A stretch of 64,000 nucleotides of DNA from Candidatus Poribacteria bacterium (GCA_965205015.1 OZ242029.1:1504001-1568000), one strand, 5' to 3'; shown: positions 28,021 to 38,082, numbered from the stretch's first letter. Notes: generated by a model not told the origin, from the sequence alone. A program made the numbers and translations.

Positions 28021-28728
28021 TCAAAATCGTTTCAAATTTCCCCACATTGTTGCGAGTTTCGTGTGAGGCGTTATCGACAATCCACCCTTATCTGGAATAC
28101 GGGGTCCTGTGATCTTAAGATTATCAAATCTTGTTGTGTAATTTGCGAGACCTAATCCAATCCTACCGGTTGGAAACTCAGGAAATCCATGGAGGGGTTC
28201 CAAAACTATGGGACCTAAGACTTGCTTCCCATTTATCCAGAAGGTTAAACGCTTTCCATGAACGCTCAATTTGATGGCTATCCATTTCTGCAATTTTAGC
28301 AAAGGGTGGGGTTCCTGATCATAGACCAAAAATGCTCTTCCATGCAAATCGCCACCGAAACATTGCACCTCTGATTTTCCGGGAAAATCTGTGTCACCGA
28401 CTTCACATACTACACCCGATGTTCCCATAATCCGAGCAGCAACTGCAACACCGCCAGGCCCATGTCTTTCGAGCGGTTTAACATCAAATTCAATGTCATA
28501 ATCTTCCCACGTCTCCTCTCCAATTGTAAGCAAACGAGTTATGTCTCCCTCGCTTATTGCCTGAAGCTCGCCATTAACGATTTCCCAAGTCCCGGGAGCA
28601 TCAACACCGAAAAGGACCAATTCTTGCCACCCGACGAGTTTCCCATCATCAAAAGTATATAGAGATGTTCCTGCCGAGGCAGAGAAAATAAGAAAAAGTA
28701 TCCCTAATCCGATAAGTCCCAATTTCAT
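28021..28728 (-). CDS. Secreted DUF1080/concanavalin-like domain protein with C-terminal TKLATMWGNLK motif
   Basis: Signal peptide after GGAGG RBS; WEIVNGEL, WEDYDIEFDVK, GRIGL..RFDNLKI. Confidence 0.7.
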   Translation of the reverse strand: MKLGLIGLGILFLIFSASAGTSLYTFDDGKLVGWQELVLFGVDAPGTWEIVNGELQAISEGDITRLLTIGEETWEDYDIEFDVKPLERHGPGGVAVAARIMGTSGVVCEVGDTDFPGKSEVQCFGGDLHGRAFLVYDQEPHPLLKLQKWIAIKLSVHGKRLTFWINGKQVLGPIVLEPLHGFPEFPTGRIGLGLANYTTRFDNLKITGPRIPDKGGLSITPHTKLATMWGNLKRF

Positions 28729-28921
28729 TACGATTTCCTCCAGAAAGTTTATTAAAGATTGTCTGACCAGTGCCCGGTCGTTTTGCATCTCGTGCGATAC
28801 ACACCCATTTAAAAAAGCCAAAACCACCAAGAGACATCAGAATCCTCTTATAATTAAAGATACTCTGTTGAAATGGAAAGGGTGCATATACGGCTTAACC
28901 GCAAGGAACATTAGAAAATTA

Positions 28922-28950
28922 TTGACTGAAAGGATAAAAATTGATAGAAT
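28922..28950 (+). promoter_or_regulatory. Sigma-70 promoter for the Gfo/Idh/MocA-Rieske-cytochrome b run
   Basis: TTGACT-N17-TAGAAT, followed by GGAGG RBS. Confidence 0.6.
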
Positions 28951-28979
28951 CCTTGCTAATATAGAAGGAGGCTAAAGAG

Positions 28980-30047
28980 ATGGCAAACCAGACATATCGA
29001 GTTGGAATTATTGGCTGCGGCGGAATGGGCAGGTCCCACACCAGAGCATGGACCGCACATCCCAGGGCACAAGTCGTGGCAATAATGGACATCTACGAAG
29101 AGGCAACACACCGCATCACAGACGAGTACGATGTATCCGCTGTCTACACCGATGTTGACGAAATGTTAGCAAAAGAGGATTTGGACATCGTCAGTATCAC
29201 AACATGGCAGGGACCGAGGGCGGAAGCTACGGTCGCGGCGGCGAAGGCAGGTGTGAAAGGCATTATCGGCGAGAAGCCGATGGCAGCCTCACTCGGACAA
29301 GCCGACGCTATGATCGCTGCCTGCGAAGAGAACGATGTCAAGCTTATCATCGGCCACCAAGGCAGATACGCGCCGGCAAATATTGAAACCCGCAGGCTCG
29401 TCGCTGCAGGAGCGATTGGCGAACCAACAACCGTCCACCACAGTGCCAAAAGGCACGCAGGATTGCTGAACACAGGCACACACGCCATCGATGGCTGGCG
29501 TTTCATCCTGTCTGATCCTGAAACACTCTGGGTCATTGGACAGACCGCCCGGACGACGGATCGGTGGGAACGCCGTACGATCTGTGAGGACCTCTGTATG
29601 GGCTTGGTCTGTTTTGAAGGCGGAGCGCGCGGTATCTACGAAGGCGATCTGCCGGAACCGTCAGTCTCCCACCCCAGAATTGCTGGAACAGAGGGACAAA
29701 TCCGCAACGGACCTGACGGCACCCTTCTGCTCCAAAACGGGGACGCGAAGGGCTGGCAAACTATTACGCCACCCCCACAAACTAAAAATCAGTACGATGA
29801 ATTCATTGAATGGATTGAGGGTGAAATTCCTGAGCATCGCGGCAGTGGCGTTCAGGCACGCTATACGCTTGAAATCATGATGGCTATCTATGAATCTTTA
29901 CGGATCAAGGACGTCGTCACTATGCCGATGGAAACCAAAGCGTTACCGTTGGAGCTCATGGTTAACGATGGTACGCTTCCTGTCTTAGTAGAAGGACGAT
30001 ACGATTTGCGCAGGCCCTTTGAAGGGCAGACGTGGAAAAAGCCGTAA
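28980..30047 (+). CDS. Gfo/Idh/MocA family oxidoreductase
   Basis: GIIGCGGMG, GEKPMA, GTHAID. Confidence 0.9.
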   Translation: MANQTYRVGIIGCGGMGRSHTRAWTAHPRAQVVAIMDIYEEATHRITDEYDVSAVYTDVDEMLAKEDLDIVSITTWQGPRAEATVAAAKAGVKGIIGEKPMAASLGQADAMIAACEENDVKLIIGHQGRYAPANIETRRLVAAGAIGEPTTVHHSAKRHAGLLNTGTHAIDGWRFILSDPETLWVIGQTARTTDRWERRTICEDLCMGLVCFEGGARGIYEGDLPEPSVSHPRIAGTEGQIRNGPDGTLLLQNGDAKGWQTITPPPQTKNQYDEFIEWIEGEIPEHRGSGVQARYTLEIMMAIYESLRIKDVVTMPMETKALPLELMVNDGTLPVLVEGRYDLRRPFEGQTWKKP

Positions 30048-30059
30048 AGGAGAAAATGG

Positions 30060-30539
30060 ATGGCAAAGCAGGGTAGACGCTCATTTTTAGTCTTTTCTAT
30101 AGAGTGGGCGACAGCGTTTATGGGTGGGATCCTAAGCCTCGCCGCCGGTATCCCGCTCATCGGCTTTGCGATTTCGCCTGCCTTCAAAAAAGGGGAGTCG
30201 AAATGGGTGGACTTGGGGCTCGCTGACCGACTCAAAAACAGTCGTTTTAAAAAGGTAGATTATACCTTCACTGCAAAAGACGGCTGGGTCAAAGCGACGA
30301 AAAAACGCTCTGTCTATGTAACGGATGCCGGTAACGGGGAATGGAACGTCTTTTCGCGAACGTGTTCACACCTCGGTTGTCTCGTCCGATGGGATGAACA
30401 GAAGGAATCTTTCCTCTGTCCGTGCCACGGTGCGGTGTTCGACAAGAACGGAATCGTTGTTGCCGGACCGCCGCCGCGCCCGTTGCAGAAACTCCAAACG
30501 AAAGTCGAAGCCGGCATTTTATACGTGAAGGAGACGTAG
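30060..30539 (+). CDS. Rieske [2Fe-2S] subunit of a Rieske/cytochrome b complex
   Basis: Tat-like GRRSFL plus TM; CSHLGC and CPCHG motifs; GPPPRPL. Confidence 0.92.
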   Translation: MAKQGRRSFLVFSIEWATAFMGGILSLAAGIPLIGFAISPAFKKGESKWVDLGLADRLKNSRFKKVDYTFTAKDGWVKATKKRSVYVTDAGNGEWNVFSRTCSHLGCLVRWDEQKESFLCPCHGAVFDKNGIVVAGPPPRPLQKLQTKVEAGILYVKET

Positions 30540-31769
30540 ATGCGTCAATTTCTCAACGAACGTCTCCCGTTAGCGGAATTCTCTGCACATTTACGCAAAC
30601 CTTTACCGAAACACATCAATCTGCTTTTTTCACTCGGCAGCTTGGCGATGTTCCTGCTTCTGCTTCAGGCGGCTACGGGGGCATTTCTGGCGTTATACTA
30701 TTCGCCTTCACCGGAACATGCCCATAACGCGGTAACGTATATCAGCGAAGAGGTACCCTTTGGGTCATTCGTGCGCGGGTTGCACCATTGGGGTGCGAGT
30801 GCGATGGTCATCATCGTCTTCCTGCACCTGCTCCGTGTTGTGCTTTATAGTTCATACAAAGCCCCGCGTGAACTCACATGGATATTCGGCGTCCTCCTAC
30901 TGCTGGTCGTCCTCGGCTTCGGATTCACGGGTTATCTCCTTCCATGGGACGAGAAAGCGTATTGGGCAACGGTTGTGGGGGTCGAAATCGCGAGCACTGC
31001 CCCTATATTAGGCGATTTTGTCGCGAAGGTCTTGCGCGGTGGAACGGAGATAGGTGCGGTAACACTGTCTCGGTTTTACGCCCTTCACACGATCTGGTTG
31101 CCGTGGTTGGCTTTCGGTTTGGTCGGTGTACACCTTTTCTTCGTCCGATACTACGGGTCTTCAGGCACGCCACAGAACACCTCAGAAGAGATGAAGACAG
31201 GAAAACCCTTCTATCCGGATCAGGTCTTTGAAGACGTTGTCGGCATGCTAATCCTCTTTGTTGCTTTGGCGGCTGCTGCGTTGTTCATGTCTGTTCCGCT
31301 TGAAGATGTCGCCGACCCAACGAACGCGAACTACGATCCGCGTCCCGAATGGTATTTCCTATTCCTGTTCCAACTGCTGAAGTATTTCCAAGGTCCGCTC
31401 GAAATCGTTGGAACGTTTGTAATTCCGACGGTTGGTATGGTGCTTTTGCTATTCCTCCCGTTCTTAGATAGAAGTGAACGCGCCGTCCTCTGGAAACGTC
31501 CCATTGCGTTGACGGTCACGACTGTCTGTGTTGTGGCGATTGTGGGGTTAACGATTCTCGGTGCAAGTTCTCCTAAACTTGAAACAGAGGAAACACCGCA
31601 ACCCACAGAACAGGCCCAAAGCACTATGCCCGCGGATACAGAGATAGAAGCGGTTGAGGAAGGGGAAGAAGCAGTCTTTGATTTCCAACTCACAGAGGAA
31701 GAAATTGAAGGAACTGGAGAAGGAGAAGAGGTCTTTGATTTTCAGTTAACTGAGGAAGAATTACAGTAA
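30540..31769 (+). CDS. Cytochrome b (unsplit b/subunit IV) with acidic repeated tail
   Basis: RGLHHWGAS, GYLLPWD..AYWA, PEWYFLF; C-terminal VFDFQLTEEE x2; no CxxCH. Confidence 0.9.
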   Translation: MRQFLNERLPLAEFSAHLRKPLPKHINLLFSLGSLAMFLLLLQAATGAFLALYYSPSPEHAHNAVTYISEEVPFGSFVRGLHHWGASAMVIIVFLHLLRVVLYSSYKAPRELTWIFGVLLLLVVLGFGFTGYLLPWDEKAYWATVVGVEIASTAPILGDFVAKVLRGGTEIGAVTLSRFYALHTIWLPWLAFGLVGVHLFFVRYYGSSGTPQNTSEEMKTGKPFYPDQVFEDVVGMLILFVALAAAALFMSVPLEDVADPTNANYDPRPEWYFLFLFQLLKYFQGPLEIVGTFVIPTVGMVLLLFLPFLDRSERAVLWKRPIALTVTTVCVVAIVGLTILGASSPKLETEETPQPTEQAQSTMPADTEIEAVEEGEEAVFDFQLTEEEIEGTGEGEEVFDFQLTEEELQ

Positions 31770-31856
31770 TGTTTTCATGGCATAGCATAACGTTCCTGAA
31801 ACTTTTTATGGACTCCATTCACAAACTGAAGATCAACGCAACAAAGGGAATATCTC

Positions 31857-32987
31857 ATGCCAAACATATATTCTGAGAGAAAATTTTTACATCTGATGGA
31901 CCCCAACGAAGAAGCAATATTGGTAAAAGATATTCTTAAAAGCCCACTTGGTCTCGCTTCAAAGATAATAACATCTCTTTTTGAGGAAAAGTTAACAAAA
32001 TGGAAGGATGACTTAGATGAAATAAAACTTTTTGCGGCTGGAATACAGCGAGCTGAGGAACTTTCAGTTTTCTACTCGCTTGCCTCTTACTACCCATCTA
32101 TGTTTGCCTTTCACCAATACTTTCACAGCTCGTTTCGAGCAAGACAAGGTAAAGTGCTTGAAAAAATACTACAGTATATTCTCCAACAGTATGGCGGATG
32201 TGATAATGTACCAGAGAAGAACGCAGATAGACTTTCGCTCTTGGGTGAAATTTTCCAGTCTGATGAACTTCCAAACCTTGACATTGATGTAATGGCCTCA
32301 GACTCCGAGAACAAAAAGACCCTTGTCATTCAACTCCGCTCAAGAGATGATACCGGTGGCACAACCGCTAAAGGATCACTCGCTGAGTTGCCACAAAAAT
32401 TTTTAAGGCTTAACAAAACCCCACAAAACAATATACTCTATCTCGTTTGTGTGTGGGTTCCTCGGGACTCGCAACAAAAGACTTCAACAGTGAAAAAAAT
32501 GTTTTCATCTTTGGAGGAGGACATTATGGTAAACGAAGACTCTTTTAACGAGATTGTTATAAACAAAGTAAAGTTGCGAGAAAATATTTATTTGAAGATG
32601 GCTTATGGTACCGACGAAATAGCAAATTCTCTCTTTGAATGGATAGACAGTAAAAATGAGAATGTTTTGGAGGCTATATCCACTATTGTTAATTTAGTAA
32701 GCGACTGGGATGACTTGTGGATTGCCTACGCGATAGCAAGTTTAGAACTTGAAGTCGTTTCATTTTCTGGACAATCGAATATAAAACTATTAAATGAGAA
32801 ATACGACCAAATAGGAATCAACTTTAACTACACATCTTATCAAGACTTAACAGATTCAATAGATAGTATCGTCCAAAAGATAATCCCGCTTTGGACAGAA
32901 GATAGTATTCCTGTAAAAACACCAGCGGACCAACTACAATACATCAGAGACTTACTGTTTTTGAAAGCATATTATGAAAAACCATAA
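31857..32987 (+). CDS. Putative type II restriction endonuclease (PD-(D/E)XK-like)
   Basis: AT-rich ORF overlapping an MTase gene; GKVLEK..DIDV..IQLRSRDD resembles a nuclease core; assignment mainly from context. Confidence 0.55.
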   Translation: MPNIYSERKFLHLMDPNEEAILVKDILKSPLGLASKIITSLFEEKLTKWKDDLDEIKLFAAGIQRAEELSVFYSLASYYPSMFAFHQYFHSSFRARQGKVLEKILQYILQQYGGCDNVPEKNADRLSLLGEIFQSDELPNLDIDVMASDSENKKTLVIQLRSRDDTGGTTAKGSLAELPQKFLRLNKTPQNNILYLVCVWVPRDSQQKTSTVKKMFSSLEEDIMVNEDSFNEIVINKVKLRENIYLKMAYGTDEIANSLFEWIDSKNENVLEAISTIVNLVSDWDDLWIAYAIASLELEVVSFSGQSNIKLLNEKYDQIGINFNYTSYQDLTDSIDSIVQKIIPLWTEDSIPVKTPADQLQYIRDLLFLKAYYEKP

Positions 32988-34323
32988 TTTGAAAAAACAA
33001 CTCATGCTTTTCCGCACAGATGCCGGGACTAAGATTCCAAAAGACGACTCTACATCCGATGAGATAGAGTCAGTTTCTTTCCGAGAACTCGTTCCCGAAA
33101 TCAACGATACTGGCTACTTGACACACGCTATTTTCGCGTATCCTGCGAAATTCATTCCGCAAGTCGTCCGATACGCTATTAACACCTACACAAAGGAAGG
33201 GGATTGGATTATCGATCCATTCGCAGGTTCAGGAACCGTAGGTGTTGAGGCGTATCTGTGTAAACGCAACGCCGTTCTTCTAGATCTCAACCTACTCTTA
33301 AACCATATCATGCCACTGAAAATTTACAATGGAAAAGACAGGTTAGATGCAGCGGATTTGTATAAACTGTTAGATGGCATGAGAGAAAGCGAACACCGGT
33401 TCACACCGAATTGGTCAAATGTTGACTACTGGTATGCCCCGGAAATTTTAGATGTGCTATTGCGGTATTGGGGTTTCGTTAACAACACGGACGATGAAAT
33501 CTATTCAACTCTTATCAAATCCGCGTTGTTGAAAGTGAGCAAACGTTTCTCTTACACAGAAGATAGAACACCTAAGCTTGCCAAATCCAAGCGTAAATTG
33601 AACATGATAGCGGAGCTGCTCAAGGAAAATTGGCGAGAACAGTTAGATGAGATGGTATATAGTCTCTCCTTGAAAACATTAAAAAACCTCAATGACTTCG
33701 TGATGCATACACAGCACCAGTGTGAACATCTGGGGACGGTTGAATTTCATGGGGGTGTGGATTCGTCTTATGTCCCCGTGCCGCGAGAATGCGATGCGTT
33801 AATCACATCTCCGCCGTATCTCCAAGCGCAAGAATATATCCGTTCTACAAAGATGGACCTGTTTTGGTTAGGGCATACCGAAGAAGAGATTCGTGAATTA
33901 TCGCGGCTTGAAATTCCGTATCGGAAGGCTGATCGGCTGATTGAGACCGAAACGTTGGACAAAATCAGGCAGATGCTCACTCGGGACGATCTCCAGAAAC
34001 GGCTTGACTCCTACTTCTGCCACACGATTAACGCCCTTGAGAATTCGATGAATCAACTCAAGCCGAAGGCAACTGCTTGCATCTTCGTCGGCAATCCGCG
34101 GATTGACGGTATAACGGTCGAAATATGGCGAATATTGGCGGAGTATTTCACGGAACGTGGATTTGTATTTGAGAAAGTCTATGAGGACAAGATCAAAACT
34201 CGGAAACTTTTTGGTGCTCGGAAAAATAAGAACCCGGATGGAATGAAGTCCGAATTCCTGCTGATTTTGAGGAAGAATGCTATCTATCAAGCATCTGCTC
34301 AGCGGTGCGGATCTGTTCTTTAA
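32974..34323 (+). CDS. DNA methyltransferase (probably N4-cytosine)
   Basis: THAIFAYPAKFIPQ, DPFAGSGT (motif I), ITSPPY (motif IV). Confidence 0.85.
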   Translation: MKNHNLKKQLMLFRTDAGTKIPKDDSTSDEIESVSFRELVPEINDTGYLTHAIFAYPAKFIPQVVRYAINTYTKEGDWIIDPFAGSGTVGVEAYLCKRNAVLLDLNLLLNHIMPLKIYNGKDRLDAADLYKLLDGMRESEHRFTPNWSNVDYWYAPEILDVLLRYWGFVNNTDDEIYSTLIKSALLKVSKRFSYTEDRTPKLAKSKRKLNMIAELLKENWREQLDEMVYSLSLKTLKNLNDFVMHTQHQCEHLGTVEFHGGVDSSYVPVPRECDALITSPPYLQAQEYIRSTKMDLFWLGHTEEEIRELSRLEIPYRKADRLIETETLDKIRQMLTRDDLQKRLDSYFCHTINALENSMNQLKPKATACIFVGNPRIDGITVEIWRILAEYFTERGFVFEKVYEDKIKTRKLFGARKNKNPDGMKSEFLLILRKNAIYQASAQRCGSVL

Positions 34324-35101
34324 GATAAGGGAGCCCCTCAGCACGCTTTAAGAAAATCTCCAGATAGCGACGCATCATGAGTGGATCGTCATTTTTCTGA
34401 TACGCGTGTGCGAGACGATAATAAGCTTCTGCGTCACTGTCATCCAAGGATAAGCCTTTTTCGTAGGATTGGATGGCGCGAAGGAATTCTCCGTTCTCCT
34501 CGTAAGCGAGACCGAGGTTAAAATAGGTATCAGCGTCTCCCTCCTCTATTTCGAGGGCCGCCTCGTAATGTTGAATAGCGTCCTGATACATCTCGCGGTG
34601 GAGGTAGGCGTTCGCCATGTTGTAGTAGGCATCGACAAAGGTGGGTTCTGTCTCAATTGCGTTTTGAAAGGCGGCAAGCGCCTCGTCAAATCGGTCTGTC
34701 ATGTCGTAAGCATAGCCGAGATTGTTATAGAAGGCAGGGTTTCCTGGTGATAACTCAAGTGCAGCGAGGAACATATCAATCGCAAGTGCGAACAAACGGA
34801 TATCGGTGTAAACCAAACCGAGATTGTTATAGGCGTGGTGGTGCTCATCATCAAGTGCGATGGCGTTTTGGAAAGACTCTATCGCCTTATCATACTCACC
34901 CAATTCCTGATAAGTTTTGCCGAGTTGAATATGTCCCTCTGCATCTGTTGGGTTGAGTGCCTGTCCCATTCTGAGCCTTAACACATCGCGTTGCAGTTCC
35001 CGTTGCTGTTGTGTCTGATCAGATGGATTACATCCCAACAGTAAATAGGTTAAGAGCCCTATTACGATAAAAGGAACGCATGTTAAAGTCCTAACGTCCA
35101 T
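34280..35101 (-). CDS. TPR-repeat lipoprotein
   Basis: LLLGC lipobox; repeated AYNNLG/YYNMA/YFNLG TPR units. Confidence 0.8.
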   Translation of the reverse strand: MDVRTLTCVPFIVIGLLTYLLLGCNPSDQTQQQRELQRDVLRLRMGQALNPTDAEGHIQLGKTYQELGEYDKAIESFQNAIALDDEHHHAYNNLGLVYTDIRLFALAIDMFLAALELSPGNPAFYNNLGYAYDMTDRFDEALAAFQNAIETEPTFVDAYYNMANAYLHREMYQDAIQHYEAALEIEEGDADTYFNLGLAYEENGEFLRAIQSYEKGLSLDDSDAEAYYRLAHAYQKNDDPLMMRRYLEIFLKRAEGLPYLKEQIRTAEQMLDR

Positions 35102-35123
35102 TGTTCCACCGCAAGGAAAATTA
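35073..35123 (+). repeat. Dispersed repeat family A, 5'-truncated copy between divergent genes
   Basis: GGAACGCATGTTAAAGTCCTAACGTCC..CCGCAAGGAAAATT matches the 3' half of 771-852. Confidence 0.7.
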
Positions 35124-35127
35124 AAAT

Positions 35128-35964
35128 ATGATTATTGATACACATACACATTTCTACGATCCAACACGCCCTGAAGGCGTACCGTGGCCGAATCCAGATG
35201 ACGATGTGCTTTACCGAAAGGTTATGCCAGAAGACTACAAAGCACTCGCTGTCCCTGAAGGTGCGACCGGTACCGTCGTCGTCGAGGCGAGCAAATGGCT
35301 TGAAGACAACCAGTGGATTCTGGACCTCGCCGCAGATGAACCTTTCATCGTAGGGTTCGTTGGGCATTTAGAACCCGACGACGCGGATTTTGAAGCCTCT
35401 TTGGCAAGGTTTTCTGCGAATCCGCTCTTTCGCGGGATACGCCTCGGTGGGGGACATCTACGCGCCATTGGTGACGATACCTTTTTAGCTAATATTGAGA
35501 AATTAGCAGCGAGAGAACTTGCCTTGGATCTATTGATTAATCCGGAAATGTTATCAACGCTGCCAACCTTGGTTGAACATACACCAGAGATGCACATCAT
35601 CATCAACCACATCGCAGGCGCGCGAATATCGGAACAGCCACCCGATCCAGCTTGGGTTTCCGCAATGCATGAAGTCGCTCGCTACCCAAACATCTATTGT
35701 AAGGTATCTGGACTCGCAGAACACACAGGACACATTCCGGCACCGACGGATGTCGCCTATTACACCCCAACGATAGACGTTTTATGGGATGCATTCGGTG
35801 AGGATAGGCTTATCTACGGGAGCAATTGGCCCGTATCTGAACGCTTCGCGCCGTATAAAGTCGTGCAACAGATTGTGAACGACTACTTTAGTGCGAAAGG
35901 CGATGCAGTCAAGGCGAAGTTTTTCTATCAGAACGCCACGGCAGCGTATCGACTATCGCTTTAA
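35128..35964 (+). CDS. Amidohydrolase_2 family (L-fuconolactonase-like)
   Basis: IIDTHTHF, INHIA, CKVSGL, FGEDRLIYGSNWPV. Confidence 0.88.
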   Translation: MIIDTHTHFYDPTRPEGVPWPNPDDDVLYRKVMPEDYKALAVPEGATGTVVVEASKWLEDNQWILDLAADEPFIVGFVGHLEPDDADFEASLARFSANPLFRGIRLGGGHLRAIGDDTFLANIEKLAARELALDLLINPEMLSTLPTLVEHTPEMHIIINHIAGARISEQPPDPAWVSAMHEVARYPNIYCKVSGLAEHTGHIPAPTDVAYYTPTIDVLWDAFGEDRLIYGSNWPVSERFAPYKVVQQIVNDYFSAKGDAVKAKFFYQNATAAYRLSL

Positions 35965-36037
35965 AGTAGTAGCGTAACCAAAGCGCAGACCCCTTCCTCT
36001 ACAGAGTGAACGGCACGACGGAGCGTGCCTACTACTT
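35964..36037. repeat. REP doublet (REPIN-like) between convergent genes
   Basis: AAGTAGTAG ... GGCACGACGGAGCGTGCC-TACTACTT terminal inverted repeats. Confidence 0.65.
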
Positions 36038-36044
36038 TTCCGTT

Positions 36045-36614
36045 TTATGCTACCCAGCGGATAAACTCGCCTGCGGGTTGTCGTTTCGGTGCGCCGATGT
36101 CGGCGGGATAACCCGTGTAGAAGAAACCGATGATGTACTCTTGTGACGAATCAATTCCGAGCAACTGATACGTCTGTTCTTCGAGCGTGATTCTACCGGT
36201 GCTCCACTGCATCCCGACGCCAGCATCCCATGCGGCGAGCTGGACGTTTTGCACTGCACAACAGGCAGCGGCATAGTCTTCGCGTCGACGTTGCTCATCG
36301 CCCTCCTGTATGCACGAAACGGCGATAATTGTCGGCTTGGACATGAATTTCTCGTAAGCCAGTTCACCAATTTTGGCAAGATTCTCGGCATCAACGTGGT
36401 CGGGTGTATCCTCAATCTTAATGTCTCGGTAGCGGTCTGCAAGGATTAGTTTTGTTTCCTCACCAATCACGGTGAAGCGCCACGGTTCGGTGACATGGTG
36501 ATTGGGTGCCCATATTCCGTAACTGAAAACCTGTTCAATGACATCATTCGGCACTGGTTCCGGTTTGAACTTAAAAATAGTGCGTCGTGAAAGAATCGCG
36601 TCTTTAACATCCAT
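36045..36614 (-). CDS. Nitroreductase family protein (YdjA-like)
   Basis: AILSRRTI, WAPNHHVTEPWRF, AVQNVQLAAW. Confidence 0.88.
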   Translation of the reverse strand: MDVKDAILSRRTIFKFKPEPVPNDVIEQVFSYGIWAPNHHVTEPWRFTVIGEETKLILADRYRDIKIEDTPDHVDAENLAKIGELAYEKFMSKPTIIAVSCIQEGDEQRRREDYAAACCAVQNVQLAAWDAGVGMQWSTGRITLEEQTYQLLGIDSSQEYIIGFFYTGYPADIGAPKRQPAGEFIRWVA

Positions 36615-36684
36615 AAGTTAGGTCCTCCTTATAGGATTTAATTATACTGTATTGGGTAACTAATTGCAAGGTGCGGTTTCTGTC

Positions 36685-38082
36685 CTATTGCAGTGCGATT
36701 TTAAGACGTTCTACAGCCTCAATCGCATCCTCAATCTCTTGCTTGGGTATATTCGTGATGGTAGTATGGCTGAGCGGATTTAGGATGCGGCTTCGATATA
36801 ATTCGATATCTCTAATGAGATTACCACTTAAAACAGAAGTGCTTTTTATCGGATCCCAGAAATCCTGACTCTGCAGTTTATCCCGATTTCGACGGTATCT
36901 AACTGGCAAACGCTTAGCGTCACAAAATTCCTCAATCATTACCTCAAAAGCGGTGCGCAAGTAAATTGCACAGGCTTTGTAGTCGTTCGCATCAAGATAC
37001 TCCCTCGCCTTATCCAAATACGCCTCATTTTCCACATAGACCGGTATCTCGTATTCATCCGTCTGCCGAAAATAGAATTCAACGGCTTTCCACTTTCCTT
37101 CGTGGGCTATGCGCTGTCTGACGATCTCATACCACGTCTTGTCGTAAGTCGTTAAAAAGATTTGGTAGTCTGCGAAATACTCGTCCAGAATGTCAAGTAC
37201 CGGGAGGCGATTTGACATATCCAAACCGATGATCACATCATCCAAGGCGAGGATTTTTAGGGCACTGGTAGGCTGTAGTAGGATTGATGAAAAATAGATG
37301 GCAATCGCGATCGCTGACAACTTTGCCTCGTTTAGGAAACGGTGATGTTCAGGGATGTCTTTGTCGAAGAACTTAACAGTTAGGAGAATTCCCTGATTAT
37401 CAAGCCTTTTGTCGTCAATGTTGTATGTAATGCCCTGAAAATCTAAGTCAAATGCAACATTATATCCAAATTTGCCGAGAATTTCGGAGGCTTTCGTTTG
37501 TAGATCTGTTAATCTATTCGCTAATTCATCGTTGAAATTCGCTATTTGTTCCTCAAGGTACGCAATTTGATCTATCGCGCTTTGATCTGGGGGAGGCTGA
37601 ATACTCGCCCAATCTTCGGCAAGACTCCGATCTGTTTCACGACTAACGGTATTCCCTAAGAGCGTTTTAACCAACAAATCGAACACATTCACAATATCTT
37701 TTTCACGATGCAGATAGTGCGTTCCCAGAAGATCCTTATAATCCAGGAAACCTTTTGCTCTTGATGCCTCAATAAGAAGTTCCTCACTTGTCTCGTCCTT
37801 AACAGTTTCAGACCATTCATAAGTATCTTGTTTCGACTGTGCATCAGCCTGGAGGTGCAGTTTGATATATCCATCATCCGAATTAAAGATGTTTTGGTGG
37901 GGTTTAAATTGGTGGCCTCCCTCGCTGGATTCAAGGAATCTTTTCAACGCCTGATATAACGAAGTTTTTCCACTACCATTTTCGCCGTAAACAAGTAAAT
38001 TCTTTCCTGCCTTGTGCAAGTCTATCTGATATGCCCCATAAAAGGCTCTAAAGTTTTTAAGTTCAATTTTGGTAATTCTCAT
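36685..38082 (-). CDS. ABC-type ATPase with C-terminal HEPN-like domain (RloC/PrrC-like putative defence protein)
   Basis: IELKNFRAF, Walker A GENGSGKTS, signature-like FLNEAK, Walker B LALDDV; C-terminal AIYLRTAFE...RILNPLSH. Confidence 0.7.
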   Translation of the reverse strand: MRITKIELKNFRAFYGAYQIDLHKAGKNLLVYGENGSGKTSLYQALKRFLESSEGGHQFKPHQNIFNSDDGYIKLHLQADAQSKQDTYEWSETVKDETSEELLIEASRAKGFLDYKDLLGTHYLHREKDIVNVFDLLVKTLLGNTVSRETDRSLAEDWASIQPPPDQSAIDQIAYLEEQIANFNDELANRLTDLQTKASEILGKFGYNVAFDLDFQGITYNIDDKRLDNQGILLTVKFFDKDIPEHHRFLNEAKLSAIAIAIYFSSILLQPTSALKILALDDVIIGLDMSNRLPVLDILDEYFADYQIFLTTYDKTWYEIVRQRIAHEGKWKAVEFYFRQTDEYEIPVYVENEAYLDKAREYLDANDYKACAIYLRTAFEVMIEEFCDAKRLPVRYRRNRDKLQSQDFWDPIKSTSVLSGNLIRDIELYRSRILNPLSHTTITNIPKQEIEDAIEAVERLKIALQ

